From Octopus sinensis (lineage: Eukaryota), in the NCBI RefSeq assembly GCF_006345805.1, contig NC_043018.1, positions 8,308,001-8,372,000 on the forward strand: DNA of 64,000 bases, written 5' to 3'. The position numbers and the translations under genes were made by a program. The notes under the pieces are model-generated. The model did no database searches, had not been told where the DNA came from, and worked only from the letters and a program-made list of their open reading frames with translations. Positions 62,740 through 64,000 of this stretch are shown here, piece by piece (position 1 is the first letter of the stretch; each line of letters starts with the position of its first letter).

Positions 62740-64000
62740 GTAAAAGTTGCCACCATTATATACTAAGAAGATATTTTAATGATTTTTTGTTTTTTTATGT
62801 GTGCATGGTTGTCTCATCTTCATAAAATGTGCTCAGCAGCCCATGCTTTGTAAGTGCAAATCGCAGCGCTTTATGGATTAACTGTCACCATAGACATTAC
62901 TTATGCAACCCTTACGGGCTTCTATGAACTATTTAGAACAATTTGCATACATCGTTATTTGTTGGTAGAGAGCTGGTTTAATATATTAAGATTATCGGTG
63001 CGTTAACGATGTTGTTTCAACTCAGTGATTGTAATACGGACGATACCGATAAAATATAGTAAATACTAGACGACCAGAAAAATGCTTTGTAAATGAAAAT
63101 TGGTCGGCGGTCGGTATTACATTAAACAAATATGTATATAGCATGTATGAACACACACACACACACACACAGACAGACGCACACGCACACACCACACACA
63201 GACGCACACGCACACACACACACACAGACGCACACGCACACACACACATATAGACGTGTGTGAATAGACACACGCACACATGCATAAACATACGCAAACA
63301 CAAACCTATATACATAAATACCAACAAACACACATGCACACAGATACACAGTCATCCGTATGTGTGTATGTGTGTGTGCGTGTGTGTGTATGAGAGATAG
63401 AGATAGAGAGAGAGGAGTGAGTAAGAGAGAGAGAGTAAGAGAGAGAGAGAGAGAGAGTAAGAGAGAGAGAGAGGATATTTGTGTGTGTGTGTGCAATAGA
63501 AGCTCTTGTACTAGAAATAGTAAGCTTATTTGTCGCACTCTTACCAATCTAATTAACCATTTGATAGTTGTAAACGCGGTGTAGTACAGTGCAAACAATA
63601 ATTACTTAAACCAAAGAGGAAGTAGATTTGTAAGATGGTTCCATTTAGAAAAATTTGGATAAAATATCCCAGTCTTCATTTACGATATAATGTCACTAGT
63701 ATTTAAACACCCAGAAGAATTTACAAGATATGTCAAGTAGATTACAGAACGGAACAGAACTTAGATGTATATCTAAAAAAAAAATAGTGCAGAACTTAGT
63801 AATTCAGTGTGTATCGTCTGTTAAGGACTTTCTGGAATCACTGAGAATAAAATAGCAAAGAAATGACTGTTGGAAAGAGAGCAATTGAAGTAGAAAATAA
63901 ACTGTTCAAATTGATAAGATAAAATAGTTGAAAAAAGATGAAATGTAGAATTAAGAGGTTTGTTGAAGGAAAACGGAAAAGGTACTGGTTATGGTGGATA

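Overview
This is AT-rich, repeat-saturated eukaryotic DNA (an intron or gene desert). The SINE/LINE repertoire suggests a coleoid cephalopod such as Octopus; that is inferred from repeat style, not verified. No host protein-coding gene can be confidently called, and most ORFs in the track are microsatellite artefacts. The only long intact reading frame is a 5'-truncated CR1/L2-group LINE reverse transcriptase (56092-57792). Other content: many RTE LINE fragments and 3' tails, CR1 and R4/Dong-like fragments, at least three tRNA-derived SINE families (one forming fixed-junction multimers), a decayed maT/DD37D mariner, piggyBac-like, Merlin-like, hAT and mariner MITEs, non-autonomous Helitrons, and mini/microsatellites. 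The most striking signal is a set of Penelope-like (PLE) termini carrying hammerhead-ribozyme motifs. These are a TSD-flanked unit of GIY-YIG fragment + tRNA-like Pol III head + hammerhead (16843-17361), a near-perfect 207-bp inverted repeat with a full type I hammerhead in each arm (57924-59268), a cluster of three degenerate hammerheads (25028-25548), and an A6U core-variant family. All folds were read by eye and need computational and biochemical confirmation.
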